The position numbers and the translations under genes are program-made. Shown here one piece after another: positions 1 to 13,250 of a DNA stretch of 64,000 nt. This DNA is from Octopus vulgaris. Lineage: Eukaryota. The notes below the pieces were generated by a model. That model searched no databases. It had not been told where the DNA came from and saw only the letters and a program-made list of their open reading frames with translations. Every line of letters starts with the position of its first letter. The first letter of the stretch is position 1. The DNA lies in NCBI GenBank assembly GCA_951406725.2, contig OX597831.1, positions 82,584,001 through 82,648,000 of the forward strand. Direction: 5' to 3'.

Positions 1-83
1 GTTTTAAATACGTCATATTCCTTGAAAGAATTTGGATTTGGATGAGTAGAAAAGCCAAGCTTGTAGTTTTGTAAAACTTCTAA

Positions 84-480
84 TCTCTATCTATATAAAA
101 CTGAAGTTGTCTGTGTCTGGCAGGTTTGGTAGCCTTCATCTAACACTATCTCCTCCGAGACCCTGTGGCACAAGTTGACCAAAATTGAAAGTATGATAGA
201 AAAAGGCTTGCTCTTCCTTCCGTAGTAGAAAAAATTCAAATCGGACCATGTTAATACCAAAAGTTATTTACATGAAAAAGGTGCTTTTTTTCTATGAAAA
301 TTCCTATTTTTTACGACTTTTTGACTGCTGTGTCGCCATTTTTTGGAGTATTTCAACTAGAAAAATGTTCACTTAAAGAAAATAACAAGATACATAATGC
401 AAAATTTTTACTTTTCAAAAATTCCAATTCTAAAGGGCCGAAAAGAAAACAAGCCCGAGCAACACTGGGCTATACTTGTT
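84..480 (+). mobile_element. Non-autonomous Helitron-like element (degenerate 3' end)
   Basis: Starts A|TCTCTATCTATATAAAAC..GTTGTCTGTG; ends with GC hairpin CCCGAGCAACACTGGG + CTATACTTG; same termini as the copy at 60547-60931, which retains CTAG. Confidence 0.6.
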
Positions 481-483
481 TAA

Positions 484-690
484 TCATCATCATCATCATT
501 TAACATCAATTTTCCATGCTGGCCTGGGTTGGATGGTCTGATAGGAGCCGACTAGGCAGAGAGCGGCACCAAGCACCAGTTGCCTGATTTCTATGGCTGG
601 ATGTCCTTCCTAATGTCAACCACTTCACTAAGTGTACTGGGTGTTGTTTTGTGTGGTGCTAGCATGGGTGCTTCTAATGTGGTGGCATCG
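484..690 (-). mobile_element. 3' end of RTE-type LINE family with (GAT)n tail
   Basis: (CAT)n-TTTAAC..TTTCCATGCTGG..GGGTTGGA..GGCTGGATG.CCTTCCTAATG motif shared with 10778, 40515, 43860, 57470 and 63020. Confidence 0.6.
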
Positions 691-3077
691 GCTACATATA
701 CACACTGTTATACTTGAAAATACTTGCTAAAATAAACCTCGAAGTACTCAACATGGGTGTCAACAACAAAGTGTTTCTAGTTTTCTGATTGAGAATTCTT
801 GGACAATTGTATCGAAAGGCCAAACTCATAATTTGAAGTTATCTTAAATTACATGCATCATCATTATCATCAGTTTATATCCACAACTTGGTTGAACAGG
901 TTTTGGTTGGAGTTAGCTCTTATTTGAAGTTACTGCCCTCCAAGAAGGGTTGAAGACTGCAGCTCACCATTTTCCACATGGTTCCTACAGCTGGAGAACC
1001 CACCCTGTTACTGAACTCTTAACAATGTATTTGACATATGTCACCAAGGCCCCACCATTAGAGAGGTAACTTTGTCCACTTGAAGAGCAAAAAAAATTGT
1101 TCCCTATCGTATGTTGTCTCCATTTCTTGAAGACAAATGCGATGCAGAGTGCGAATAGAAGACAGTGATGAAAGATAAGTAAAGGAAAGTGCACGAGGAT
1201 GGAGGTGATGGAGGGAATCAGTTGGGAGGAGGGTAAGAGTGGAGAGTAATGGAAGAGAGACAATGATAGACAGTTACATGTTAATTGTTAAGGAGGATAA
1301 ATTGCATGATGGGATAGCAGAAGAAAGATGCACGATAGTAAGAGTGGCAGAGGTCAATAAAGTGGCTCTTAAGATAAAGAAAATGATGGTTTTAAAGAAG
1401 GGTGACAGAACAGGATTTAGACTGATCTGACAGATGAGAAGGAGACAGAAATTTATCTGGAATATAATAAGAGAAACCCACTCAACCATCATCACGATTC
1501 TTATTGTAAAGACTGTTTTACCATATTTGCACCAGTGGACAGGTCTTCTCCAATTCTGTGTGTGACCAAATATCAGGGCTCTTAGTCAAGTTCAGTTTTT
1601 TGAGATCAATCAGCACAACTTCATAACTAGTCTTACAACATCTCCTTCTTCCACAACTCTCTGCCACATCAAGCGCTCAACATTTCTTTATAATTTGACT
1701 GACCTCGTCCACACACACATTTCTTCCCCCTCTCTCTGTCTTTCTTTCTCTTCCTCTCCCTCACACACACGCAGGCGTGCTTTTATTGATTCCAGCCTTA
1801 TATATATATATATTTGTATGTATATACCGTTACGTGTATGATGTTCATGGCTAAACACATGTTCTTTTATTAGTTTCAGCCCCACCCTACCACACACATA
1901 TATATATATTTGTAGATAAATACACACATATATTAATGCTATATTAAAACAAAATTTTATCTAAATACAAAATAAATTTATAAATAAATCATTTTATTTC
2001 TTTCTACATTATTCAATACAATTTTAAAATTATCACTTTTTCCCCCATTTTTCATTTATAAACACTAGGCTTTTTTTGTTTTCTTTAAAATTTCTATCAT
2101 TTATTTCCTTTAAAAAAAATTTGTGTTTTTTCTAATTATTTACTTTGTGTTTAATTGGTGAAAATCTTTCTTTCCTCAGTGAATATGATAATTATTGATC
2201 ACCAGATTTGTTAATATTCTTCCCCTCCCAACCCCTGCACCACCTCCTGAATTTCTTACTTAAAGCTATGCACCTGTCATCACTTGTGCTGACAAATACC
2301 ATTTATCAATAGTGCATGCATGCATGTGTGTGTGTGTGTGAGTGAGCATGTACATGCATGCATGCGTGTATGTGTGTGTGTGTGTGTGCATGTGTGTGTA
2401 GAATACACCAAATGCAAACAGTTTCTTCTGGTATTGTTGTTGTTTTTCTGGTTGATACTTTATTTCAAGCAGAAAGATTTTTTTAAATGTATTTTTTATA
2501 ATTTAAGGAACTGATTCAGTTTTTAAATATGACAGGAACAAAATTGTGATTCAATGATGTTCATGCATTTTAAGACTACTGAAAAAATGGTGGTGACAGC
2601 TGACTATATATGGGGGTCAGACCAGCAGTTTACCTCAGTTCCATTGCTCACATGTGTGGGTTCCTTGGGTAAAAAGAAATTTTTTTAAATCCCTCAATTT
2701 TATCAAATAAGGGCAACTAAGATTATGTCACATCAGTGACCCTTGTTACAGACAGAAACTGATGTCAATATAGTTCTTTATTCCAATATTGGCAATGAAC
2801 TCTGTTCTGTAAATTCTCAGAAGAATATATAAATCTATGTGTATGAAATTTGCTCAATATGTCAAGGGTGGTGGGAAACTAGGATTAGTCATTCTAAAAG
2901 GAATTAAATTATATTTTCTGATATATGTATAATTGATACTTAGCAACTCTGTAGAATAGGGGCTTTTGCTAATGGTTCCTTCCAGATGACAAGAGAGAAC
3001 AACTCGTGATGAAAGCTATGATATCCTGGAGGAGATAAATCTTTTGATCCAGAATGGTTTATTAAAGAAACTGGAAA

Positions 3078-3257
<180 letters not shown>

Positions 3258-3863
3258 CTGAAGGGTTCTCAGTTGGGTGTATTTGATTTGTTGGAAAAAT
3301 CAAATTCTGTTTTAGTTTTTGAAGACAGATACACTGAATAACGGAGTTGTAGCTACACTGTGTTGAAACAAAAAATGGTATGGTCATAGTTGGAACCACT
3401 TTGATCGCAGACTAACTGGATCAGAGCAGACATAGAGTTATACTATAACACCTAAAATACTTCTATATGGTTGCTTGACTTGCCAGAATTAATGGCTAAA
3501 TCACCAGATTTGCAGTGAAACAACAACAAACATTAAATACAAGCTGTGATCGTCCTGTTTTGTGAGAAAGTTCATGTTTCAGTGTTCTTGCCAGAGGATG
3601 CAAATTATTGACACTGACCCAGTCGTCTTACAAGTGTTGTCACAAACTGTCAACATAGACTTTTGACACAGTTTATTAATACAGAAGGTCAATATAAATC
3701 ATCGATTAAACCAAATTATCTGCAAGAAGGATAAGTTCACCTTAAAATATTTGATAGCCTCACATGTCTTTTTGAATAGAAATAACCGCTTTATTACGAA
3801 CAAGAATGAAAAACTGTTTACAGGTGAATTAGATAATTTTGCAATGAGAGAGAAGGATAGGGA

Positions 3864-3929
<66 letters not shown>

Positions 3930-4630
3930 CAGAGGAGAGAGAAAATTAGTTTGACTTTTAAAATTGATTTTCTTTGAAATTCTATTTTCTCTTGCTGAAA
4001 TATATTTCTCAGTTTCTAAATGTCATCTTTGCAATCTGCAACACTTCATATTGAATGATTGAATATATTATTACCATCTACAAATACAGCAACAGGTGGC
4101 TTGCATGACAAACTACAACAACAACAACACAGGTAAACACCTGACCAACATAAATAAGACATAATAATAATATAATTAGCAGCAACACAAGAATTACAAT
4201 AATAATTGGTTTGGTTATTAAAACATTGAAGAATTTTCTTTTATTCAAATTGTTTTGTTGTTCTGTATTTGATCTGTTTCTAAGATTGTTGAAGATTATA
4301 TTTACATTTTCTATCACATGGCACTGGTATGAAATATGCAATATTTGTGTTGTTGGTGTAAAAACATAAATGACTCGATCAGCACACGTCATTTAACGTT
4401 CGTTTGCTGCTATTTCTAAACCTACTCCTGAACTAAACCGACAATAATTCACTCCAGATACCTCCATGCAGCAATGGGAAATGGGAACAGAATAATGTCA
4501 GAAAAGTGGTATCCAAGGGGATTAGGGTCCTGTGAAATATTGCAGAAGAGCCAAGCGTTAATAATGATGTGTGAATCACAGATTTCCTCCTGACCGCTTG
4601 ACCATCTCCTCTACCCCGTATTATGCGTAT

Positions 4631-4893
4631 TAAGCTGGCAGAATTGTTAGCATGTCAGACAAAATTCTTCATGGCATTTCCTTTGGCTCTTCACCCTATG
4701 AGTTCAAATTCTGCCCAGGTCAAGTTTGCTTTTCATCCTTTCAAGGTTGATGAAATAAAGCACCAGTCAAGTATTGGCATCAGTGTAACCGACATGACCC
4801 CCCTTCGGCCTAAAAATTGCTGGCCTTGTAATATGGAAGTTAGAAAGAAGCATATTATTATTATCATTATTATTATTATTATTATTATAATCA
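4631..4893 (+). mobile_element. SINE family A with (ATT)n tail
   Basis: Head AAGCTGGCAGAAT.GTTAGC, B-box-like GAGTTCAAATTC, central GC.TTTCATCCTTT..GG.TGAT..AAT.AAG.ACCAG, then (ATT)n. Confidence 0.8.
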
Positions 4894-5084
4894 TTGCTAA
4901 AATGGTAATTAGCCTGTCTTTTCAGTCAGATGTTACAAAGATCTGCTGCAAAGCTCCTACGGCATCCTTGCTGAACCTCAGACTCTGACTTTATCCTGAC
5001 TCACCTTCTGTCAGCCCCAGGGTCCACAGACAACTGAGTTAATAATCCATACCAAGCAACTCACTGACACTCCACAGTAAAATA

Positions 5085-5328
5085 TATATTTATTTCTTTA
5101 TTACCCACACGGGGCTAAACATAGAGAGGTGGGGGGGGGGGGAACAAGAACAAAGGGATTAAGTTGATTACATCGACCCCAGTGTGTAACTGGTACTTAT
5201 TTAATCGACCCCGAAAGGATGAAAAGCAAAGTCGACCTCGGCAGAATTTGAACTCAGAACATAACGGCAGATGAAATACCGCTAAGCATTTTACCCAGCG
5301 TGCTAACAATTCTGCCAGCTTACCACCC
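5085..5328 (-). mobile_element. SINE family A, well-preserved copy with Tx1-like 3' end
   Basis: Reverse complement reads GCTGGCAGAATTGTTAGCACGCTGGG..CTGAGTTCAAATTCTGCCGAGGTCGACTTTGCTTTTCATCCTTTCGGGGTCGAT..TGTTTAGCCCCGTGTGGGTAATAAAGAAAT. Confidence 0.85.
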
Positions 5329-5358
5329 TAAATACAATATGTATTAATGCGCGCACAT

Positions 5359-5393
<35 letters not shown>

Positions 5394-5403
5394 CACACAC
5401 ACA

Positions 5404-5441
<38 letters not shown>

Positions 5442-5751
5442 CACACACACACACGCACACACACACACTCTTAAGCCTGTTTGCAGCCGAGACATCCCCA
5501 CCATCTGCTGTAGATTTAATATCATCTCCAAATCATAACACCCTATGATGTCATGTAATTGGAGTTACAGAATAGCTTGGAGAGGATTTAGCAAGTTATA
5601 CTGCAAGACAATCCAAACACACTACAGCAGCTAATCTATTTTTTGGGTTTGTTGTTTTGTTAGGAAATGTGTTGAAGTAGGAGAAGGGATTTTTGAATTC
5701 CTTAAATCTTGAGCAGAATTTAGGTAACAAATATTGATGATTTACCTGTAA

Positions 5752-6093
5752 AAAAGTAAAGACCCCCTTCGGTCATGAATGACCATGGGATTGCACCTAG
5801 AAAGTTACCCTCCTAGATACAAGTCCGGGCAAGGTTGTTTATGGAAGGCCAGCAGTCGCCCATGCATACCGGCCTCCCCTCTCCACGCCACCAGTGTTAT
5901 CCAAGGGAAAGACAAAGGTCGATACAGCTTGGCACCAGTGACGTCGCAACTCATTTCTACAGCTGAGTGAACTGGAGCAACGTGAAATAAAGTGTTTTGC
6001 TCAAGAACACAACACGCAGCCCGGTCCGGGATTCGAGCTCACAACCTCACGATCGTAAGCTCGAAGCTCTAACCACTGAGCCATGTGCCTTCA
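5752..6093 (-). mobile_element. tRNA-derived SINE family C, near full length, with target-site duplication
   Basis: Minus strand A box TGGCTCAGTGG and B-box-like GCTCGAATCC; CpG-rich (young); TTACCTGTAA direct repeat at 5742-5751 and 6099-6108. Confidence 0.85.
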
Positions 6094-6819
6094 TAAAATT
6101 ACCTGTAACTTTATTATTATTAAAGTACTAATGAATTAAACAGGTACGAAGAATGTAATGACAAATGCATGATTTCAGGAAGATGGTAACGAATATTCTT
6201 GCTTGAAATACCAGAAATATCAGGAAGTTCCCCTCACAGAATTCTAAACAGAGACAGGTACATTACTATGACTGCTGCTGTTGCTGGAATTGTAATTTCC
6301 TTCAGTTTTCCAAATGTTGACTTCTGTCAGTTTGTCTGAAATATCACAGCTACAATATTCCATGTTGACTTACGACAGACTGTTGTCTTTTTTGGTGTTG
6401 CTCCTGGGGGAAGTCAGAATTGCATGAGAAGTTGTTCAGGGAATAATGAGAGATGGAACCGAGATGGGTGGGTGGGGGGGGGGTGAATAGGCAGAAAGGA
6501 AAGAATGAAACAGAAGCAGAGAGAAAGAGAGGGAGAGGACAGGAGAGAGAGAGAGTGGTGGTGGTGGCTGGAATATGAAATATTCAGAAATCAAAGTTAG
6601 ATTGGGGAAGGGAGTCATTTAATCTTTTCATTGTGATCAATTTGTATTGATATTGATTTCTTGAATATATGTAAGATTGGGGGTGGGGTGTATATGGTCA
6701 ATTAGTAGAATATCAAACATTTCATCAGTCCATTCTGCTACTTTCAGTTTTTGTTTTCTCTAAATTTCATTACAAGTTATTATCACCACCATCATTATCA
6801 TCATTATAATTTTATTATT

Positions 6820-6868
6820 AAAGTTGGCCTTGAGCCAAAATTTGAAACTGTTATCATCATCATCATCA

Positions 6869-6905
<37 letters not shown>

Positions 6906-7148
6906 TATTATTATTATGAAGGTGGCAAACTGGAACACACCGGACAAAATGATTAGCAGCATTTCGTCTGCCGCAAAGTTCTGAGTTCACATTCTGCCAA
7001 GGTTGACTTTACCTTTCATCCTTTCAGGGTCGATAAATTAAGTACCAGTAGAGTACTGGGGTTGATGTAATCGACTATCCCCCTCTCTTGTGCCTATAGT
7101 AGAAAGGATTATTATTATTATTATCGTTATCATTATCATCATCATTAC

Positions 7149-7181
<33 letters not shown>

Positions 7182-7221
7182 CATTATCATTATTATTATT
7201 ATCATTATCATTATTATTATC

Positions 7222-7253
<32 letters not shown>

Positions 7254-7470
7254 TAAGGTGGCAAGCTGGCAGAATCGTTATGATATTAGAGAGAATAGTT
7301 AGCAGCTGTTTTTTGGTTCTTTACATTCTGAGTTAGGTCAGCTTTCCCCTTTTATGCTTCCAAGGTCCATAAACTAAAATACCAGCCAAGTTCCGGGTTC
7401 AATGTAATAATCGACTGATGATTTCACGCCTAAAATTGCTGGCCTTGTGGCAAATTTCGAAACTTTTATT
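6820..7470 (+). mobile_element. Head-to-tail cluster of three SINE-A pieces separated by (ATT/ATC)n
   Basis: Tail fragment at 6822-6850, copies at about 6920-7108 and 7256-7470, each preceded by (ATT)n. Confidence 0.75.
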
Positions 7471-7628
7471 GGTACATACTCCCCAGACCCACCCACAAGT
7501 AATATCGGTCTTTAGCTTTACATTAATATCACAACCAAAATAACAACAACAACATCAAGAAGCAGCTGTGCTGTCAATTCCCACCACACATCAGACGAAC
7601 AGCAGCAAACAAACTGATTGTATACAAT

Positions 7629-7665
<37 letters not shown>

Positions 7666-7837
7666 GAGAGAGAGAGAGAGAGGGTGGAGAGAGAGAGAGA
7701 GAGCATGTTGCCATGCACGTCTTCATTATTTTCTCATCTTTAGTGCAGTCAAGTAAATTTATACACCATTTATACACACACACAGTGTTTGTGTGTATAT
7801 ACATGCAAAAAACTAAAATCTGCAGTAAAATAAACAA

Positions 7838-7876
<39 letters not shown>

Positions 7877-8165
7877 ATTAATAAAGCTAACCAAAGAAAG
7901 ACATGTTTTTCTTTCCCATTTACAAATTCTAGCAACTCTGCTGCTTTGATTCCAAAAATAATAAATATTTTGTGCTTTGTTTCCTGCTCAGATTTGTTTC
8001 CAGGAACTTTAGAAAATAACAAAAGAATTCACTGTGAGGTGTTTTTCACATTTACCATTGCTATGGACTCAGCTTTTAGCTTTCCTCAACCTGATGCTGT
8101 TTATTTCAGTTCTGAGAGAAAAAGACATTTTGGAGCCAAATATTGCTACGAAATTTAGTTGAAGG

Positions 8166-8198
<33 letters not shown>

Positions 8199-8875
8199 CT
8201 GTTTATTTGTTTGGCTGTCTGTGTCTCTTTCTCCCTTCCCCCATCTCTCTATCTGTCTGTCTCTGTTTATCCTCTCCCTCTTGGTCTGTCCGTCCGTCCG
8301 TCCGGCCATCCATCCATCCATCCATCCATCTATCTGTCTGTCTGTCTGTCTGTCTGTCTCTGACTGACAGAATATCAAGTGATGAGCGATGTGTTTGTTT
8401 TTTAATAAACATTAGAATTCCCCGCCCATTGCCTGCGTGCACACGCATGAAGGCACAGGGCTGAGTGATTTGAATGTTGGGATCTACCCTGGTTAAAGCA
8501 TGCTAGAAGGAAGAGGAATAGGAAAGAGTGAGTGAGAGTTGAGGGGTAGGAGATATATGGCTATTGCACATTATATAAGGGTGGGTGAGGGGAACTGGGC
8601 TGTAGCAGGAGACGGAGATAACAATGGTGGTGACGAGGTGTCAGGGTGAGCCTTCAAGGTGCAAGAAGGGTGGACAGGTAGGTTGCCAGTGTGTATGAGG
8701 AGTGAGTGAGAGATGATTTAAAATGTGGGTGGAGATGAATGTAAGGAATGGTGGGCAAGAGTGGACGGGTGGTCAAAGGTATCTGAAGTAACAAATTTAA
8801 AACTGACAATAAAGTAAAAAAGTGAAACACTGTTGCCCTGGTGATGCGAATCAACAACTGCTTTTACTTTAGATT

Positions 8876-9345
8876 ATTATTATTGAGTGAAAGGGCAGTG
8901 GATGCCATCAAGGTGACACTGGGGTACAAATATACGAAGCCCAGTATACCCATCATGACAACCCATCTGATAAGGGTACACTAGGCACATGCATCACAAC
9001 CATATGTGTGCGACATGGTGATCTCATATCAAGATAAACAGCACATGACCTTGCAGGTGGGGCCCAGTTAGAATTTTCTTCAGGTTGAGTAGCCCATCCT
9101 GCTCAAAAGGTCCCTGAATAAGGGTTGTTTAAGGATGATGAACGAAACACCCATGTTTCCAGAAGTGAAATATTCAAACCCCAAAGAATCCCTCTCAACA
9201 CATGGCTATGATGCCCCCCCACTACTTCTGCTCATCCATCAGAAATGCACATATTGTCAGCCACTAAGGGACATGCTCAACTGGTTAAGGTCAGACAACT
9301 GACAATCTGTGGTTTTGAGCAGAATATTTGCTGTAGCCCATCTTT
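8876..9345 (-). mobile_element. Non-coding interspersed repeat family D ending in (AAT)n
   Basis: About 460 bp homologous in inverted orientation to 18310-18765; same 3' end at 20880-20990; minus-strand 3' end ..CACTGCCCTTTCACTC(AAT)n. Confidence 0.7.
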
Positions 9346-10020
9346 ATTATTATCATTATTACTATTATTATTATTATTAGTTATAGCAGTAGTAAATTGG
9401 GCAGTTGGCTGAATCATTAAGAACATGCCTCATGTTATTTGTTACAACTCAGTATTCTGAGTTCAGATCCTGCTACGGCCAACCTTGTTGTCTCTCTGTC
9501 GTTGATTATATAAAATACTGTTGGCTTTGTATCTAAATTAGAAAACCCTGCTTATTATTATGAGAGAGGGGGAGAGAAAGAACTGGAGAGCTGTTGTGAA
9601 AGGGAGAGCAAGGTGATTAAAGGGACCCACCATCACCACCACCACCGCTCCGAATGGTTCCGCTTTATTTAAATGCTTTGATGAGAAATGATTTTGAAAA
9701 AGTTGAAAATTGTGTGAGGAGGTAACAAAAAAGGAAAAAGAAAGAAGAAAAACCTCTTTCGATAATCAATGATGTGGGATGTAGGTCAAAGGATGAAAGA
9801 GAGGAGAGAGAGAGATACACCTGAAGAGTGTTTGGAAACTTACAATGGCCAACACTACCAGGGCAACCACTGCTACTGTGACCAGCACCACCACTACGGT
9901 CAACCCCCCCACACCACCAGTCCACCCCTACCCCCACAACATCTTAAAGAGATTGGCAAAACAACTAAACCAATCAATATCTTGTTAGTTTAATGCTTCC
10001 TAATTCTTCTTGTTTCATCT

Positions 10021-10062
<42 letters not shown>

Positions 10063-10589
10063 CCACCAATTCAATCACTTTTAATCGATTTATGCTATGC
10101 AGATCAATAAGATTTGTCCGACAGCCAACATGGAGATTTTTCGAAAGGTAAACAACAAAAGAAATTGACAAATGAACACAAATAACAACAATGTAAATAA
10201 CAACAACAACAACAACAAGAAAACAACAAAGTGGCATTATATACAATAATAATAAGTCCGAATGTGTAGAGCTAATTCAGACTGTTTTCCATTGATTTAC
10301 GGATATGAATATAGAGACTTACACACACACACACACACACACACAGAGTTAAAAACACAGACACAAACACACACAGACATTTACACATAGAACCATAGAC
10401 TGAAACCCACTCAGAAACACATTCATGGGATATAAACATACATACTTACATTTACAGATATTTACACATACAAATGTATATATATACTAACAAAGATATA
10501 TATATACACATACAATCACATTTACACCCAAAAGGATATATATATAAACACATGCACAATATTTTACACATACACAGATATCTTCTATC

Positions 10590-10770
10590 TTTTACTTGTT
10601 ACAATTATTATGCTGAGGCCATGCTGGGGCACCGTCTTGAAATTTTAATTAAGTGAATTGACCCCCAGTGCTTATTTTTTGAAAGCCTACTCTCATTTGT
10701 CAAACTAAAGGATTTAAACATCTCAACACTGGTTTTTCAAGCAATGGTGGGGACAGAGACACAAAGATAC
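10590..10770 (-). mobile_element. SINE family B, 3' part
   Basis: TTTTACTTGTT..GGCCATGCTGGGGCACC..GACCCC motif shared with 19510-19735, 40890-41280 and 61060-61605. Confidence 0.65.
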
Positions 10771-10777
10771 ATATATA

Positions 10778-12050
10778 TCATCATCATCATCGTTTGACGT
10801 CCACTTTCCATGCTGGCATGGGTTGGACAGTTTGGCTGGGGACTGGCGAGTCAGATGGCTGCACCAGGATCCAATCTGATCTGGCAGAGTTTCAACAGCA
10901 GGATGCCCTTCCTAACGCCAACCACTCTGAGAGTGTAGTGGGTGCTTTTATGTGCCACTGGCACAAGGGCCAGTCAGGCGGTTCTGGCAACAACCATGCT
11001 CAATAGGTGTTTTTCACCTGCCACCTGCACAGGAGGTGCTGGCAACGACCTCACTCGAATATTGTTTTTCACATGCCACTGGCACAAGTGCCAGTAAGGC
11101 AATGCTGATAATGATCACACTCGAATGGTGCTTTTTATGTGCCACCAGCACGGGAGCCAGTCAGCGGCCCTGGCAGTGATCACGCTTGGATGGTGCTCTT
11201 AACGTTCCACTAGCATGGATACCAGTCAGGCAGTGCTGCCATTGGCCATGTCAGCAAATTTGATTTCAATGTCACTTGCCTCAACAGGTCTTCGCATCCA
11301 GAGTTTAGTGTCCAATAAAAAGAAAGTTACACATAAGTGGGCTGGTTACACCCCTGGCATAGGCCATGGGTTATGGTCTCACTTGGCTTGCCGGGTCTTC
11401 TCAAGCACAGCATATTTCCAAAGGTCTCAGTCACTAGTCATTGCCTCGGTGAGTCCTAATTTTTGAAGGATGTGCTTCACCACCTCATCCCAGGTCTTCC
11501 TGAGTCTATCTCTTTCATAGGTTCCCTCAACTGCTAGGGTGTGACACTTTTTCACACAGCTATCCTCATCCATTCTCACCACATTACCATACCTGTGCAC
11601 ATCTGATGCTTCTAAGGTCCAACTTTCCTCTCAGGGTACTTACACTCTGTCGAGTATGCACATCCATTACACATCCATCGGATCATACTGGCTTCATTCC
11701 TTGCAAGCTTACGCATGTCCTCAGCAGTCACAGTCCATGTTTCACTGCCATGTAGCATGGCTGTTCCTACACATGCACCATACAATCTACCTTTTACTCT
11801 GAGCAAGAGGCCCTTTGTCACCAGAAAAGGTGGGAGCTCTCTGAACTTTGCCCAGGCTATTCTTATTCTAGCAGCTACACTTTCAGAGCATCTCCCCCGC
11901 TACTGACTTGGTCACCTAGATAACAGAAGCTGTCAACTACTTTGTAGTGTTTCCCTATGGAATGTAGCAGAAATTGTTCTCTGCACATTTTCAGTGTTTA
12001 TTGCTCCTGAGCATCTGCCACATGAAAAAACTATCTTTTTGCCGTTCCAG
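10778..12050 (-). mobile_element. RTE-type LINE, 5'-truncated (RT C-terminus + 3' UTR + (GAT)n)
   Basis: ORF 11612-11821 KGRLYGACVGTAMLHGSETW..ARNEASMIRWMC; homologous to 42910-43900. Confidence 0.8.
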
Positions 12051-12900
12051 TTTTAGTTTGGATTTCAGCTGTTATACAGCTTTCTTCTTTTCTTCATAGT
12101 TGTTAGGTACTATGACTTCTTTTTTGTATTTTTCAGCTTCCTTAAAGACAGAAAACAGTTTTTTGTTTTGCTCATCTTTTGTGGCTATTTGTATTAGTTT
12201 TCCTTGCTTCTGAAGTAAGTATGCGTGTAATATTATGATGGATATTTTATAATAGTTTTCTAGCTGTATCAGGCCTCTACCACCTTCAATACGTTGTACG
12301 TATAACCTTTCTATGTTAGATTTTGGGTGGTGCATCCTAAATTCAGTCATTATTATTATTTATTTTGTTGTTTTCCTGTCCATTTTGATCAGTTCATTTT
12401 GAATATTGTAGCTGTAACTTATAACTGGGACAGCTAAAGTGTTGATACCTATCATCTTGTTTTTCGCATTCAGCTCTCTTTTCAGTATTAATCTAACTCG
12501 TCTACAGTATCCTTTTTTATCTTCTCTTTCATTTGTGTGTGTTGTATCGTATCTAATTCATTGATTCCTAAATATTTGTATGTCTGGCTTTGGTCTAATT
12601 CTCTTATTTCCTTTGCTTTATCTAGTATGATGTTGCTACTCTTAACTCGTTTTCCTCTTTTCAAGGTTGCTTTGGCACACTTTTCTAAGTCAAATTTCAT
12701 GTTTATTTCTTTGGTAAATCCACGTACAGTCTGTAGTAATGTTTCCAGCTGTTTATCATTTGTAGCGTACAGTTTTAGGTCATCCATATACAAGAAATGG
12801 CTGATTGTTTTGCCGTAACAGTTGTATCCACATCCAGTTCTTTTTAACGTCAGATAAAGGTATCAGTGCCAAGCAGAAAAGGAGTGGAGAGAGCATGTAT
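12050..12900 (-). mobile_element. R4/Dong-type non-LTR retrotransposon, internal RT fragment
   Basis: ORF 12488-12793 YMDDLKLYA..MKFDLEKCA..YKYLG and ORF 12072-12350 RMHHPKSNIERLYVQRIEGGRGL. Confidence 0.85.
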
Positions 12901-12938
12901 CATTGTTATTATTATTAGTAGTAGTACTGTTATTATCA

Positions 12939-13167
12939 AGGCGGCAAGCTGGTAGAATCATTGGTATGTCAGGCAAAATGGTTAACGGTATTTCACCCAT
13001 CGCTACGTTCTGAGTTCAAATTCCGCTGAGGCTGACTTTACCTTTCATCCTTTTCAGGTTGGTAGAATAAGTACCGGAAGTACCAGTTGAACATTGGGGT
13101 CAATGTAATCGACTCATCCCCCCACCCTCAAAATTGCAGCCCTTTTGGCAAAATTTGAAACTATTGC

Positions 13168-13245
<78 letters not shown>

Positions 13246-13250
13246 CATTG
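12939..13250 (+). mobile_element. SINE family A with long (ATT)n tail
   Basis: AGGCGGCAAGCTGGTAGAATC..CTGAGTTCAAATTCCGC..CCTTTCATCC..GGCAAAATTTGAAAC then (ATT)n. Confidence 0.8.

Noticed and set aside
2941-3071. Possible minus-strand terminal exon (SLINHSG..PILQSC*)
   Set aside because: Acceptor plus a short open frame only; no homology and no linked exon
6020-6093. tRNA gene
   Set aside because: A/B boxes are present, but I see no complete cloverleaf and it is continuous with a SINE body and TSD
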